Below are positions 21,898-32,543 of a stretch of DNA of 64,000 bases, piece by piece. The position numbers and the translations under genes were made by a program. Below the pieces are notes generated by a model that saw only the letters and a list, made by a program, of their open reading frames with translations, did not search any database and was not told where the DNA came from. Origin of the DNA: Eubacteriales bacterium. GTDB lineage: Bacteria; Bacillota; Clostridia; Oscillospirales; CAG-382. Position 1 is the stretch's first letter. Each line of letters opens with the position of its first letter. The stretch covers positions 2,679-66,678 of the forward strand of contig JAZQIW010000111.1 in assembly GCA_045541355.1 (NCBI GenBank), given 5' to 3'.

Positions 21898-23127
21898 TTA
21901 GTTCTTCTTCTTCTTGAGAACTACTGCGAGAACTACAACAACTACTACAACGATTGCAATGATAGCAATGATGAGGCCGATGTTGGAGCCGCCTTCTGTA
22001 GCAGGAGCTTCGTCAACTGCAGGAGCTTCGTCTTCAACGGGAGCTTCTTCAACTACAGGTTCTTCAGCTTCATCACCCATCATTTCGATGTAAGCTTCAA
22101 TTGTATCAACTGCGCCGGTAGCAGCGTTCTTAGCAGCAACAGCCTTTTCCTGTGCAGCAGCAACAGCAGCTTCATCAGCAGCAGCAATAATATCAGCGTC
22201 AGCAGCTTCAGCTTCAACGATAGCAGCTTCGATAGCAGCGATAGCGTCGAGAACTTCAGCATCATCCATATCACCTGCAAGTTCCTTAGCATCTTCAAGA
22301 GCAGACTTTGCATCTTCAAGAGACTCAGCAACTACATCAGCAGCAGCCTTCTTGGACTGTTCAAATGCCTTAGAAGCGATTTCTTCTTCTGTAAGAGCAG
22401 CACCTTCAGTAACCTTTACTGTGTACTTCCAGTTGGATTCGAGACCGAGGCATGTACCTGTAACAACAACATAAGCAGTACCGTCAGCAAATACAGCATC
22501 GCTTGCAGCGAGTGTCTTGTCAGCGGGAACTTCATATGTTTCACCGTTGTGATCGTATGTAATCATGAACTGACCGAGTTCATACTTTACAGACATCTTG
22601 AGAACATCGCCAGCCTTGAAGCCGAAGATGTTGGGGTTGATTTCTGTTGAGCCGGTACCGCTGAATGCTGTAACGCCTTCATAGAATTCAACGTTAGGTC
22701 TGTTGAATCTGATAAGGGGAATATAACCGGGGTTACCGGGGACATCGCCTGTGTTGAATACCTTAGGCTGAGCCATGAGGTGGAGACCGAACCAGCAGTC
22801 AGAACCGGATGTAACAGCAGGTACTTCGTCAAATGCGATTTCAACTACGAGACCGTTAAGGCCAACCTTTTCAGCAGTTGCAACACCGCCGAAGTTTTCG
22901 TCGCCCTTAGGATCCTTATAATAACCGGCCTGTTCAACTGTAACAGAACCGTCATCATTAACTGTCATTGTGTTAGGTGCCTTACCTTCATTTACTGCTT
23001 CAGAGTAGCTTGCGCCGCTGTAAAGGTCATAACCTGCACCTGCAACGAAGTCAACAGCAGATGCTGTAACTGCAACAGAAGCAACGAGCATGATTGCTAC
23101 GAGAGCAAGAGATAAAAACTTCTTCAT
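21898..23127 (-). CDS. Membrane-anchored surface protein (signal peptide, beta-rich domain, Ala/Glu-rich stalk, C-terminal TM anchor)
   Basis: 409 aa with signal peptide MKKFLSLALVAIMLVASVAVTASA. The C-terminus is GLIIAIIAIVVVVVVVLAVVLKKKKN. Codon bias is strong (Lys AAG, Asn AAC, Phe TTC). Confidence 0.6.
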   Translation of the reverse strand: MKKFLSLALVAIMLVASVAVTASAVDFVAGAGYDLYSGASYSEAVNEGKAPNTMTVNDDGSVTVEQAGYYKDPKGDENFGGVATAEKVGLNGLVVEIAFDEVPAVTSGSDCWFGLHLMAQPKVFNTGDVPGNPGYIPLIRFNRPNVEFYEGVTAFSGTGSTEINPNIFGFKAGDVLKMSVKYELGQFMITYDHNGETYEVPADKTLAASDAVFADGTAYVVVTGTCLGLESNWKYTVKVTEGAALTEEEIASKAFEQSKKAAADVVAESLEDAKSALEDAKELAGDMDDAEVLDAIAAIEAAIVEAEAADADIIAAADEAAVAAAQEKAVAAKNAATGAVDTIEAYIEMMGDEAEEPVVEEAPVEDEAPAVDEAPATEGGSNIGLIIAIIAIVVVVVVVLAVVLKKKKN

Positions 23128-23270
23128 AATCAGTATTGTATCAATTCAGATGAACTGATACGTTCCTCCTTTACGAAATTAGTATTTTGTTTTTTCGTCT
23201 TAATAATATGTTATGCATCAATGCTTTACGTACGGCAAGCACCTCTGCTATATTATTACAAATTCAAATC

Positions 23271-23930
23271 CTATCTGTACTCGATAAGATTTTTAAAAAA
23301 TTCGGCATTTCCTTTATAATACTCATCACCAAACCTTTTGTTTTTTTCAACAATACAGATGATGTATTCTCTCGGGAAATGTCCGAGCTTGGTAGTATTA
23401 TAAGCAATCAAATCACCTATAACCATACCTTTTCCCTGAACTGAGTTTTCGGGAGTATATCCGAGAACATCTTCAAGGCTTGCCATATACGGCGTGTTGC
23501 CGCTGAAAAATCCCGGCTCCATTATATATACCACACATTCACCCATGGCAAGCTCCATATTGAATCGCTGAACCTCTGTCATTTGCGACTGCGGGTCATA
23601 TACATACTTTTTGCCGTTTGCACTCTCTGTCATAACAAAAGAGTCAGATTTCAGGTCTACAACCACCCTGCCGTCTCCGTTATAATCGGATGCAAACTTT
23701 TCTGCAAGATCGGCTCTGAATTCCTCGGCAGCCTTTGCAGAAATCCCCGAGCTTCCTACTGAGTATATAAATACATCGGGTTCTTTTTTTGAAAAGAACT
23801 GTACGGTAGCAAAGCTGACAAGAATTATTGCAAATGCACCGATAATTACTGCCGCCTTATTATGGTACCAAAAATTATCAAGCCATTTAAGGAAAGAGTT
23901 ATTTTCGTAATCCTTCATTTTCTTATTCAT
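23271..23930 (-). CDS. Hypothetical single-pass membrane protein
   Basis: 219 aa with one TM helix ([21 protein letters not shown]) and a soluble domain of about 170 aa. Its start overlaps the lysS stop by 8 nt. Confidence 0.5.
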   Translation of the reverse strand: MNKKMKDYENNSFLKWLDNFWYHNKAAVIIGAFAIILVSFATVQFFSKKEPDVFIYSVGSSGISAKAAEEFRADLAEKFASDYNGDGRVVVDLKSDSFVMTESANGKKYVYDPQSQMTEVQRFNMELAMGECVVYIMEPGFFSGNTPYMASLEDVLGYTPENSVQGKGMVIGDLIAYNTTKLGHFPREYIICIVEKNKRFGDEYYKGNAEFFKNLIEYR

Positions 23931-25434
23931 CGGTAGGTTTCATTGTGGGGAACAACAAAACGTCTCTGATTGAGAAGGAATCGGTAAGAAGCATTACAAG
24001 TCTGTCAATACCGAAACCAAGACCGCCTGTGGGAGGCATACCGTATTCAAGAGCATTGATAAAGTCTTCATCAACTCTTGCGTTTTCTCCACCGGGCTGT
24101 GCACGCTTTGCCGCAACCTGCTTTTCAAATCTTTGTCTCTGGTCGATGGGGTCATTAAGCTCAGAGAATGCATTACCCATTTCTCTTGCATAAATGAAAT
24201 ACTCAAATCTTTCGGTAAACGCAGGGTCGCTTGCCTTACGCTTTGCAAGAGGAGAGTTTTCAACCGGGTAATCATAGATAAATGTAGGCTGGATGAGATT
24301 TTCTTCAACATATGCATCAAAAAATTCTACAAGTACAGCACCCTTTGTGGCATCCTTTTCTACCTCAACGTGCTTTTCCTCAGCAGCCTTTCTTGCATCC
24401 TCGTCTGTCTTCCAGTCATAATAGTCAACACCCGCATACTTCTTAACTGCCTCTGCCATTGTAAGTCTCTGCCAGGGTGAGCCCATATTGATTTCAACGC
24501 CCTGATATGTGATAACATCGCTGCCGCAAATCTTCTTTGTAAGAGTTGAATAAAGCTCTTCAACAAGATCCATAAGCTGATGATAGTCGATATAAGCCTC
24601 ATAAAGCTCAATCGAAGTAAATTCAGGATTGTGACTGGGATCCATACCTTCATTTCTGAAAATACGACCAACTTCATAAACCTTATCAAACCCGCCGACA
24701 ATAAGTCTCTTTAAATACAACTCAGTTTCAATTCTCAGATACATATCAATGTCAAGAGTATTGTGATGAGTTACAAAAGGTCTTGCCGATGCTCCTATTT
24801 CAAGAGTATGAAGAACGGGAGTATCTACTTCAAGGTATCCCCTGTCATCAAGGAACTTTCTGATTTCCTTTAAGATAAGGCTTCTTTTTACGAAAGTATC
24901 CTTAACCTCGGGATTTACGATAAGGTCAACATAACGCTGACGGTATCTTGTTTCCTGATCGCGAAGACCATGGAACTTTTCGGGAAGAACCTTAAGACTC
25001 TTGGACAAAAGGACAAGCTCCTTTGCGTGTACTGATATCTCACCCGTCTTTGTCTTAAATACAATGCCCGTAACGCCAACAATATCGCCGATATCAAGCT
25101 TTTTGAAGTCGGTATAACTTTCTTCACCGATATCGTCTCTTGCAACATAGCACTGAATTCTTCCCTTGCCGTCCTGAATATTGCAAAAGCTTGCTTTACC
25201 CATGACTCTCTTTGACATCATACGGCCGGCAATTACTACCGTCTTATTCTCAAGTGCCTCAAAGCTTTCCTTAATATCGGTCGAATAGTTATCGACGGGA
25301 TACTTTACAAGCTCATAAGGGTTCTTACCCGCTTCAATGAGGGAAGCAAGCTTATCGCGCCTTACCTGTTCCTGCTCACCGATTTCCTTTTCGGTAGGCA
25401 CCTTCACTTCATTTACATTTTGATTTTCTGCCAA
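23923..25434 (-). CDS. lysS: Lysine--tRNA ligase (class II)
   Basis: 503 aa with the class IIb block [17 protein letters not shown] and the C-terminal [15 protein letters not shown] motif. Confidence 0.93.
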   Translation of the reverse strand: MAENQNVNEVKVPTEKEIGEQEQVRRDKLASLIEAGKNPYELVKYPVDNYSTDIKESFEALENKTVVIAGRMMSKRVMGKASFCNIQDGKGRIQCYVARDDIGEESYTDFKKLDIGDIVGVTGIVFKTKTGEISVHAKELVLLSKSLKVLPEKFHGLRDQETRYRQRYVDLIVNPEVKDTFVKRSLILKEIRKFLDDRGYLEVDTPVLHTLEIGASARPFVTHHNTLDIDMYLRIETELYLKRLIVGGFDKVYEVGRIFRNEGMDPSHNPEFTSIELYEAYIDYHQLMDLVEELYSTLTKKICGSDVITYQGVEINMGSPWQRLTMAEAVKKYAGVDYYDWKTDEDARKAAEEKHVEVEKDATKGAVLVEFFDAYVEENLIQPTFIYDYPVENSPLAKRKASDPAFTERFEYFIYAREMGNAFSELNDPIDQRQRFEKQVAAKRAQPGGENARVDEDFINALEYGMPPTGGLGFGIDRLVMLLTDSFSIRDVLLFPTMKPTDE

Positions 25435-25456
25435 AATTCACACCGTCCTCGGAAAA

Positions 25457-25939
25457 TTACTTGGAAATTTCAAGAACCTTCATAACGGTTTCTCCACCCG
25501 GAGTCTCTGCCTTAACAATCTCTCCTATTACAGCACCGATTAAGGCTCTGCCGATAGGTGATTCATCTGAAATCTTGAACTCCATGGGATTGGATTCGCT
25601 TGAGCCTACAATTGTATACTCAACTTCTTCGCCGAAGGTTTCATCCATTACCTTTACTCTGTTTCCAACATCAACAGCATCTGTTTTGATGTTGCTTTCA
25701 TCTATAACCTTTACGTTTTTGAGCATAGACTCGATTTCGGCGATTCTTGCCTCTACAAGTCCCTGCTCGTTTTTTGCCTCGTCATATTCGCTGTTTTCGG
25801 AAAGGTCACCGAATGCTCTTGCAGTTTTTATAGCCTCGGCAACTTCTTTACGCTTGGTAGTTTTAAGGTATTCGAGTTCTTCCTGAAGTTTTTTGAGACC
25901 TTCACTCGATACCGTTGTTTGTTTAGCCAACGTTCTCAT
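25457..25939 (-). CDS. greA: Transcription elongation factor GreA
   Basis: 160 aa with an N-terminal coiled coil carrying [13 protein letters not shown], and a C-terminal globular domain. Confidence 0.9.
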   Translation of the reverse strand: MRTLAKQTTVSSEGLKKLQEELEYLKTTKRKEVAEAIKTARAFGDLSENSEYDEAKNEQGLVEARIAEIESMLKNVKVIDESNIKTDAVDVGNRVKVMDETFGEEVEYTIVGSSESNPMEFKISDESPIGRALIGAVIGEIVKAETPGGETVMKVLEISK

Positions 25940-25973
25940 TTCCTTTCAGAATTATTTTCATTTTATCATAGTA

Positions 25974-26002
25974 ATTATATTAGATTTTACTCTTTTTGTC
26001 AA
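25974..26002 (-). promoter_or_regulatory. Sigma-A-type promoter for greA-lysS
   Basis: On the minus strand: TTGACA, 17-nt spacer, TATAAT. Confidence 0.6.
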
Positions 26003-26070
26003 CCGTATTTTCAAATTGTTTACTTACTATTTCGATTTGTTTTAATTGACAAACATCACATACTAAAACT

Positions 26071-26099
26071 CCCTGACAGCCGAATGCCGGCCATCAGGG
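26071..26099 (-). terminator. Terminator hairpin after pyrI
   Basis: CCCTGA..TCAGGG stem enclosing a GC-rich loop, followed on the minus strand by AGTTTTAG. Confidence 0.5.
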
Positions 26100-26113
26100 C
26101 AATTCTTAAATCA

Positions 26114-26530
26114 TCATTTTGCTTTTGACTCACAGTACATACATCTATATACGCGTTTTTCCCTATCTGTGAGCTTAAACATATGAACAAGCTCCTGCTC
26201 TGTTGATGTAATACATCTTGGATTCTTACACTTTATTACTCCCTTAACAAGTTCGGGGGGCTCAAGGTGCGTTCTCTTTACAACCTTGCCGTCTTTAACT
26301 ACATTTACCGTGATACCCGGGTCAATATATCCGAGTACATCGAGGTCAAGATTAATTTCCTCTGCAATCTTTATTATGTCCTTTTTGCCCATTTTGACGC
26401 TTGTTGCATTCATAATGAGAGCAACCTGACTTTTAATTTCTGAAAGACCGAGGATATTATAAAGCTCTATTCCCCTGCCGGGCTTAATATGGTCAAGAAC
26501 AATACCGTTATCAATAGGAGACAATATCAT
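26114..26530 (-). CDS. pyrI: Aspartate carbamoyltransferase regulatory subunit
   Basis: 138 aa with C-terminal zinc cysteines CKNPRC..CMYC. It lies immediately downstream of pyrB. Confidence 0.88.
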   Translation of the reverse strand: MILSPIDNGIVLDHIKPGRGIELYNILGLSEIKSQVALIMNATSVKMGKKDIIKIAEEINLDLDVLGYIDPGITVNVVKDGKVVKRTHLEPPELVKGVIKCKNPRCITSTEQELVHMFKLTDREKRVYRCMYCESKAK

Positions 26531-27445
26531 TTATTCCACCTCCAGCAGCTTCATAATAAGCGCCATTCTGACATATTTGCCGTTGAGCACCTGATCAAAG
26601 TAGCAGGCTCTCGGGTCATCGTCAACAGCAACCGAGATTTCATTTACCCTTGGAAGAGGATGAAGTATACACAAATCCTCCTTTGCGCCAAGCAATTTTT
26701 CGGGCGTGAGAATATAGCAGTCCTTCAAACGAAGATAGTCAGCCTCGTTGAAGAATCTTTCTCTCTGAACTCTTGTCATATAAAGTATATCAAGCTCACC
26801 CATCACATCATCAAGACTTGTTGCTTCAACGAACTCAATGTTCTTCTTTTTGAGCACTTCGTCCTTAACATATTCAGGCACTCCAAGCTCCTCGGGAGAA
26901 ATAAGCACCATCTTTACATTTTCATATCTCGAAAGTGCACCGATAAGAGAGTGAACCGTTCTTCCAAATTTCAGGTCACCGCAAAATCCGATTGTAAAAT
27001 TATCAAGTCTGCCCTTTTTGCGTTTGATTGTCAGAAGGTCAGTAAGTGTCTGTGTGGGGTGATTGTGTCCGCCGTCGCCGGCGTTGATTATCGGAACACG
27101 GCTTTTGAGTGTTGCAACATATGGTGCGCCCTCTTTTGGATGACGCATAGCTATAATATCAGCATAGCAGCTGACTGTTCTTATGGTGTCAGAGACACTC
27201 TCTCCCTTTGCCGAGGATGAGCTCTGCGCTTCTGAAAAACCAAGAACATTTCCCCCAAGCTCATACATCGCCGCCTCAAAAGACAAACGAGTACGTGTTG
27301 ACGGCTCAAAAAAGAGTGTTGCAAGCTTTTTTCCGTGACACTTTTCGCTATACTTCAAAGGATTTTCAATTATATCATTTGCTTTTTCAAGCAGTTCGTC
27401 AATTTCGTCTGTTGTTAGCTCAAGAATATCAATAAGGCTTCTCAT
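26531..27445 (-). CDS. pyrB: Aspartate carbamoyltransferase catalytic subunit
   Basis: 304 aa with [17 protein letters not shown] and LHPLPR motifs. Confidence 0.92.
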   Translation of the reverse strand: MRSLIDILELTTDEIDELLEKANDIIENPLKYSEKCHGKKLATLFFEPSTRTRLSFEAAMYELGGNVLGFSEAQSSSSAKGESVSDTIRTVSCYADIIAMRHPKEGAPYVATLKSRVPIINAGDGGHNHPTQTLTDLLTIKRKKGRLDNFTIGFCGDLKFGRTVHSLIGALSRYENVKMVLISPEELGVPEYVKDEVLKKKNIEFVEATSLDDVMGELDILYMTRVQRERFFNEADYLRLKDCYILTPEKLLGAKEDLCILHPLPRVNEISVAVDDDPRACYFDQVLNGKYVRMALIMKLLEVE

Positions 27446-27459
27446 AGCTGTATCCTTTC

Positions 27460-28098
27460 TTATTTGCCAATCCAGCTTTCATCACTGGGATTATCACGGA
27501 ACTTCTTAAGTCTTTCAATATCTTCTTTTGCGATATAGTTCATTTCGGCAGCCACTTCAGCTATAACATCAAAGTTTGTAAGGCTGATATTCTTAACTTC
27601 CGCCTGTGCAAGTCTTTCGATGCCCTTCTTCATTCCATATGTAAATATGCTTACAATACCAAGCACCTCAGCACCCGCTTCTCTGAGTGCATCAACAACC
27701 TCTATAACGCTGCCGCCTGTGGAAATAAGGTCTTCAATTACTACTACCTTCTGTCCCTTTTCAAGCTTGCCCTCAATTCTATTCTGTCTGCCGTGGTCCT
27801 TATTTCCGCTTCTTACGTAACCCATAGGCATATCAATAAGACTTGCCGCGATTGCCGCGTGAGCAATACCTGCCGTTGATGTACCCATAAGCACCTCTGC
27901 CTCGGGAAATTCCTTTTTAACTGTATCGGCAATTGCCTGTTCGACAATCACACGTGCTTTGGGAGCTGTAAGAATAAGTCTGTTATCGCAATAAACGGGG
28001 CTCTTAATACCGCTTGCCCATGTAAAGGGCTCGTCGGGTCTGAAAAATACCGCTTTAATTTCAAGCAATGCCTTTGCTACTTCTGTTTTAATATTCAT
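27460..28098 (-). CDS. pyrE: Orotate phosphoribosyltransferase
   Basis: 212 aa with the PRPP-binding loop [13 protein letters not shown]. Confidence 0.9.
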   Translation of the reverse strand: MNIKTEVAKALLEIKAVFFRPDEPFTWASGIKSPVYCDNRLILTAPKARVIVEQAIADTVKKEFPEAEVLMGTSTAGIAHAAIAASLIDMPMGYVRSGNKDHGRQNRIEGKLEKGQKVVVIEDLISTGGSVIEVVDALREAGAEVLGIVSIFTYGMKKGIERLAQAEVKNISLTNFDVIAEVAAEMNYIAKEDIERLKKFRDNPSDESWIGK

Positions 28099-28133
28099 TA
28101 TTTATACCTCTTTTCAAATTATTTACTTATAAA

Positions 28134-28832
28134 TCAGCCGCAAAACTCAGCAACACATCTTCTGTATGCTGCAACAGGGTCATCTGCAGCAGTAATGGGT
28201 CTTCCGACAACAATATAATCCGAACCGATTTTCTTTGCCTCGGCAGGTGTCATTACTCTCTTCTGGTCACCAACATCCCCGTCAGCAAATCTTACGCCCG
28301 GAGTCACTGTCAAAAACTTTTCACCGCAGGTATCGTGTACCTTCTGTGCTTCAAGCGGAGAACATACAACACCATCAAGTCCTGCCTTCTTTGCATTTGC
28401 AGCATAGTGCATAACAACCTTATCAATCGGCTCATGGATCAGAAGGTCATTTTCCATTCTCTGCTGGTCTGTCGAAGTAAGCTGCGTTACAGCAATGAGA
28501 AGAGGGCGTGTACCGTCGGGTCTTGTCAAGCCTTCGAGAGCAGCCTCCATCATTGAAACGGTACCTGCCGCATGAAGATTTGTCATATCAACATCAAGTC
28601 GCGAGAGTACATTCATCGACTTTTTTACTGTATTGGGAATATCATGAAGTTTAAGGTCAAGGAATATTTTATGACCCCTTCTCTTAATCTCTCTAACAAT
28701 TTCAGGTCCTTCAGCATAGAAAAGCTCCATACCTACTTTGAGAAACGGCTTTTCCTCTTTAAACAAATCGAGAAAATCAAAAAGTGCCTCTTTACTTGCA
28801 AAATCACAAGCTATAATTACATCCTTACCCAT
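28134..28832 (-). CDS. pyrF: Orotidine 5'-phosphate decarboxylase
   Basis: 232 aa with the [13 protein letters not shown] motif. Confidence 0.9.
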   Translation of the reverse strand: MGKDVIIACDFASKEALFDFLDLFKEEKPFLKVGMELFYAEGPEIVREIKRRGHKIFLDLKLHDIPNTVKKSMNVLSRLDVDMTNLHAAGTVSMMEAALEGLTRPDGTRPLLIAVTQLTSTDQQRMENDLLIHEPIDKVVMHYAANAKKAGLDGVVCSPLEAQKVHDTCGEKFLTVTPGVRFADGDVGDQKRVMTPAEAKKIGSDYIVVGRPITAADDPVAAYRRCVAEFCG

Positions 28833-29743
28833 CAGTGTGCTCCTCCTATTATGTCACTTAGATTACTAATACCGTATTTTTCCATGACTCGCGGCAAATT
28901 TTCTACAATTTCCTTTGCGCCGTATGGATTAACAAGATTATATGCGCCAACCTCTACCGCCGTCGCACCCGCAAGCATCATTTCAATTACATCCTCTGCG
29001 CTTGAAACTCCGCCCATACCGATTATCGGTATTTTTACGGCATCATAAACCTGATATACACATCTCAGTGCTACCGGGAATATGGCACTGCCCGAAAATC
29101 CGCCCATCTTATTGGCAATAACGGGCTTTTTGCTTTTCAAGTTTATTCTCATACCGAGAAGCGTATTAATGAGGCTTATTCCGTCAGCTCCCGCCTCTTC
29201 TACCGCCTTTGCAATCGAGGCAATATCCGTAACATTTGGCGTAAGCTTAATATACACCGGCTTTGTCGCAACCGCCTTTACCGCCTTCGTAACCTCAAAC
29301 GCCGCATCTGCATCGGTACCGAAATTCTTACCGCCCTTATGAAGATTTGGACAGCTTATATTGACCTCATGGATACCGACAATATCCTCTTTATCAAGCT
29401 TCTCGACAATTTTGACAAACTCCTCGACAGCAAAGCCGCCGATGTTGGCAACAACCTTTTTATTAAAGCACTTGCGAAGCTTCGGAAGCTCCTCTGCTAT
29501 CACCGCATCAACACCGGGATTTTGCAGTCCTACGGAATTTATCATTCCGTTCGGTGTTTCGGCAATTCTCGGTGTGGGATTACCGAAGCGGCCTTCAAGC
29601 GTTGTTCCCTTAAATGAAAATGAACCGAGAATGTTTATATCGTAAAGCTCTGCATATTCATACCCGTAACCAAAAGTACCGCTGGCAGGGATTATCGGGT
29701 TATCAAGCTCCCATCCCGAGAGTGTAACTTTAGTGTTTACCAT
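28832..29743 (-). CDS. pyrD: Dihydroorotate dehydrogenase B, catalytic subunit
   Basis: 303 aa from the ATG at 29743 (AGGAGG 7 nt upstream), overlapping the pyrK stop. The track start at 29782 lies inside pyrK. Confidence 0.9.
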   Translation of the reverse strand: MVNTKVTLSGWELDNPIIPASGTFGYGYEYAELYDINILGSFSFKGTTLEGRFGNPTPRIAETPNGMINSVGLQNPGVDAVIAEELPKLRKCFNKKVVANIGGFAVEEFVKIVEKLDKEDIVGIHEVNISCPNLHKGGKNFGTDADAAFEVTKAVKAVATKPVYIKLTPNVTDIASIAKAVEEAGADGISLINTLLGMRINLKSKKPVIANKMGGFSGSAIFPVALRCVYQVYDAVKIPIIGMGGVSSAEDVIEMMLAGATAVEVGAYNLVNPYGAKEIVENLPRVMEKYGISNLSDIIGGAH

Positions 29744-30468
29744 ATAATCTCCTCCTTGACAAGAATCGGGCCGTCCTTGCATATTCTCTTGTTACCGTAT
29801 TTTGTCTTGCACGAGCATCCCATGCATGCACCAAATCCGCAGCCCATTCTTTCTTCAAAGCTGAAAAAGCCGGTTGTCTTTGAAGCATCATACACAGCCT
29901 TCAGCATCGGCTCGGGACCGCAGGTACAAACACAATCATATTCAACCAAATCCATAGCGTTTGTGACAAAGCCCTTAATCCCAACACTTCCGTCAACTGT
30001 TGTGACATAAGTTTTAATTCCGAGATTTTCAAAATCTTCTTTTGCGAAAACTTCACTTTCTTTATTAAAGCCCATAATCATTGAGACTTCCTTGTCTGCC
30101 TCAAGAAGCTTTTTTGCAAGATAGTACATGGGAGGCACACCGACGCCGCCACCTATTAGAAGAACTTTCTTCGGGCAGCTGTCAACATCAAATCCGTTAC
30201 CGAGGCCTGTCAGCACATCAAGCTCTTTCCCCTTTTCAAGGGTTGACATATACTCTGTTCCCTCTCCAACAACCTTGTATATAATGGTAACTGCCTCATC
30301 ATCACAGTCAAATACCGAGATAGGGCGTCTGAGATAAAAACCGTCAAGCTTAATATTTATAAACTGTCCCGGCTTTGATATATCCGAAGTGTCGCCCACA
30401 AGACGCATCTTATAAACGTCGTTTGTAAGCTTAACATTACAATCAACCGTAAATATTCCCTGTTTCAT
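29737..30468 (-). CDS. pyrK: Dihydroorotate dehydrogenase B, electron-transfer subunit
   Basis: 243 aa with C-terminal 2Fe-2S cysteines CGFGACMGCSC. Confidence 0.88.
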   Translation of the reverse strand: MKQGIFTVDCNVKLTNDVYKMRLVGDTSDISKPGQFINIKLDGFYLRRPISVFDCDDEAVTIIYKVVGEGTEYMSTLEKGKELDVLTGLGNGFDVDSCPKKVLLIGGGVGVPPMYYLAKKLLEADKEVSMIMGFNKESEVFAKEDFENLGIKTYVTTVDGSVGIKGFVTNAMDLVEYDCVCTCGPEPMLKAVYDASKTTGFFSFEERMGCGFGACMGCSCKTKYGNKRICKDGPILVKEEIIW

Positions 30469-31742
30469 ATTTCCACTCCTTTGTCACAATACACTACCTT
30501 GCCGTTATAAACAGTAAGCAGACATTTTCCGTAAAGCTCTTTACCCTCAAAAGGAGTAAAGCGGCCTTTTGAAAGGAATTCTTCGGGGTTTACCGTATAA
30601 TTTTCATTAACATCAAACAGTGCAAAATCGGCATGTTTTCCAACAGTAATATCATTTCCAATTCCGAATCTTTCTTTTGCATTATCATGCATAAGCTTCA
30701 TCAAATGCTCCATTGAAATAATTCCTGTTTTAACAAGGTATGTGTACATTACGGCAAAAGATGTTTCGATGCCGACAACACCCATAAGACTCTTTTCAAG
30801 TCCCCTCGACTTTTCCTCTGCCGAATGAGGTGCATGGTCAGTAGCTATCATATCAACGGTTCCATCAATAATTCCCTCAATAAGTGCAAGTCTATCCTCT
30901 TCGCCTCTTATAGGAGGATTCATTTTAAAACGGGCATTCTCACATAAATCCATATCATTAAAAACAAGATAATGGGGAGCCGTTTCACAGGTAATGGAAA
31001 TGCCGTTTTTCTTTGCCTGTCTTATCAGTTCAACACTTTCTTTGGCAGATATATGACAAACATGGTATCTGACACCCGTCTGCTTTACAAGCTCAATGTC
31101 CCTTTCAATCTGTTTCCACTCACTTTCAGAGCATATACCTCTGTGTCCGTGAATACGTGCATATTCTCCGTCGTGAATATAACCGCCGCAAAGAAGGTCG
31201 TTGACCTCACAATGAGCAACAATCATTTTATCAAGCTCTTTGGCACAAAGCATGGCTTGCTCCATCAATTCATCCTTTTGAACACCTCTGCCGTCATCGG
31301 AAAAGGCACATATATACTCTGCCATCTCATCAAAAGCCGAAAGCTTTTCGCCTTTTTGCCCTACCGTAATCGAGCCATAGGGATAAACACCTATAAGTGC
31401 ATCTTTCTCAATAGCATCAAGCTGCACCTTAAGGTTTTCATAGCAATCGGGAACCGGACTCAGGTTTGGCATTGAACAAACATGAGTAAATCCGCCGTGT
31501 GCAGCGGCACGTGTACCCGTCTCAATAGTTTCTTTATAAATAAAACCCGGCTCACGCAGATGTACATGAACATCAATGAGTCCGGGAACAAGATAACAGC
31601 CCTCTGCATCAACAATGCGACAGCCTTCTTCAACTGATATATTCTCGGAAACAGAGGATATAACGCCATTTTCTACCAAAATATCGCATTTTTCAAAACA
31701 AGAATTTCTATAAACAAGCGCATTTTTAACAAGAAAATTCAT
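30465..31742 (-). CDS. pyrC: Dihydroorotase
   Basis: 425 aa from the ATG at 31742 (GGAGG 5 nt upstream), with the metal motif LIDVHVHLREPG. The track start at 31817 would lie upstream of the promoter. Confidence 0.9.
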   Translation of the reverse strand: MNFLVKNALVYRNSCFEKCDILVENGVISSVSENISVEEGCRIVDAEGCYLVPGLIDVHVHLREPGFIYKETIETGTRAAAHGGFTHVCSMPNLSPVPDCYENLKVQLDAIEKDALIGVYPYGSITVGQKGEKLSAFDEMAEYICAFSDDGRGVQKDELMEQAMLCAKELDKMIVAHCEVNDLLCGGYIHDGEYARIHGHRGICSESEWKQIERDIELVKQTGVRYHVCHISAKESVELIRQAKKNGISITCETAPHYLVFNDMDLCENARFKMNPPIRGEEDRLALIEGIIDGTVDMIATDHAPHSAEEKSRGLEKSLMGVVGIETSFAVMYTYLVKTGIISMEHLMKLMHDNAKERFGIGNDITVGKHADFALFDVNENYTVNPEEFLSKGRFTPFEGKELYGKCLLTVYNGKVVYCDKGVEI

Positions 31743-31773
31743 AACATCCTCCACACTTTTCCTATTTAAAATG

Positions 31774-31802
31774 AGTATACTACAAAAGAGCCAAAATGTC
31801 AA
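31774..31802 (-). promoter_or_regulatory. Sigma-A-type promoter of the pyr operon
   Basis: On the minus strand: TTGACA, 17-nt spacer, TATACT, about 30 nt upstream of the pyrC ATG. Confidence 0.6.
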
Positions 31803-31823
31803 TACAGGTTTATTCATACCCGT

Positions 31824-31855
31824 AAAAAATCCTGCGGGTTATGTCCGCAGGATTT
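31824..31855 (-). terminator. Intrinsic terminator of pflBA, overlapping the last codons of pflA
   Basis: The mRNA reads AAUCCUGCGG-ACAUAAC-CCGCAGGAUU followed by UUUU. The pflA TAA stop lies in the loop. Confidence 0.75.
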
Positions 31856-32543
31856 CATACAGCCCATCAAGCGTTTGTTTATCGGGAACATCGTATTTCG
31901 CGAAAGGAAACTCAATCCCCATGTTGTCATATTTGACAGAACAAATTTTTCTGAAAGGCAGAAGCTCGACCTTTTCAACACAGCTATACCTGTCTCTCAA
32001 ATTCCGAAGAAGCCTTGCATTTTGTTCATTATCGTTGAGTGTCGGAACTATCACCTGTCGCAGCCACACAGGAACACCCAAGCTATTGGAAAGCTCCAGA
32101 AACTCGAGGGGCACGGATATTGGCATCCCGACATAGCGTCTGTAATCGCCATCGTTTGTAAATTTAATATCAAGAAGCACTCTGTCGGTATATTCAAGAA
32201 GTCTTTCCACTTCAATTCCCGTTCTGAAACCCGATGTATCGAGACAGGTGTTTATTCCGCTTTCATGGCAAAGTCTAAACACTTCCGTCACAAACTCAGT
32301 CTGAAGCAACGGCTCTCCGCCGGAAACAGTAACACCGCCATCTTTTCCAAAATACTCTTTATACCTTTTTACCTTTTCAACTACTTCATACGGCTCAAAC
32401 TCATTACCGCCGTTCAAATCCCAGGTATCGGGATTATGGCAATAACCGCATCTGAGGCCGCAGCCCTGCATAAACACGACAAAGCGAACACCCGGTCCGT
32501 CAGTTGCACCAAGGCTTTGAAAGGAATGTATTCTCCCCGTCAT
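31839..32543 (-). CDS. pflA: Pyruvate formate-lyase activating enzyme (radical SAM)
   Basis: 234 aa with [12 protein letters not shown] (CxxxCxxC). Its start overlaps the pflB stop (ATGA). Confidence 0.9.
   Translation of the reverse strand: MTGRIHSFQSLGATDGPGVRFVVFMQGCGLRCGYCHNPDTWDLNGGNEFEPYEVVEKVKRYKEYFGKDGGVTVSGGEPLLQTEFVTEVFRLCHESGINTCLDTSGFRTGIEVERLLEYTDRVLLDIKFTNDGDYRRYVGMPISVPLEFLELSNSLGVPVWLRQVIVPTLNDNEQNARLLRNLRDRYSCVEKVELLPFRKICSVKYDNMGIEFPFAKYDVPDKQTLDGLYEILRT

Noticed and set aside
21880-22650. 256-aa plus-strand ORF antisense to the surface-protein gene
   Set aside because: - Its sequence is low-complexity and Ser/Asn/Phe/Cys-rich, the mirror image of the Ala/Glu-rich (GCN/GAA) coding strand.
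- It has no RBS.
- It starts inside the minus-strand terminator region.
- The minus-strand gene has a signal peptide, codon bias and a terminator.
25435-25456. T-box leader for lysS
   Set aside because: Only 22 nt separate the greA stop from the lysS start, so lysS is simply co-transcribed with greA.
26489-27220. 243-aa plus-strand ORF inside pyrB/pyrI
   Set aside because: It is antisense to genes carrying canonical ATCase motifs, and it has no RBS.
31743-31838. PyrR-type attenuator upstream of the pyr operon
   Set aside because: - The leader between the -10 box and the pyrC ATG is only about 30 nt.
- No ARUCCAGAGAGGYU-like PyrR binding loop is present.
- No pyrR gene lies in the operon.
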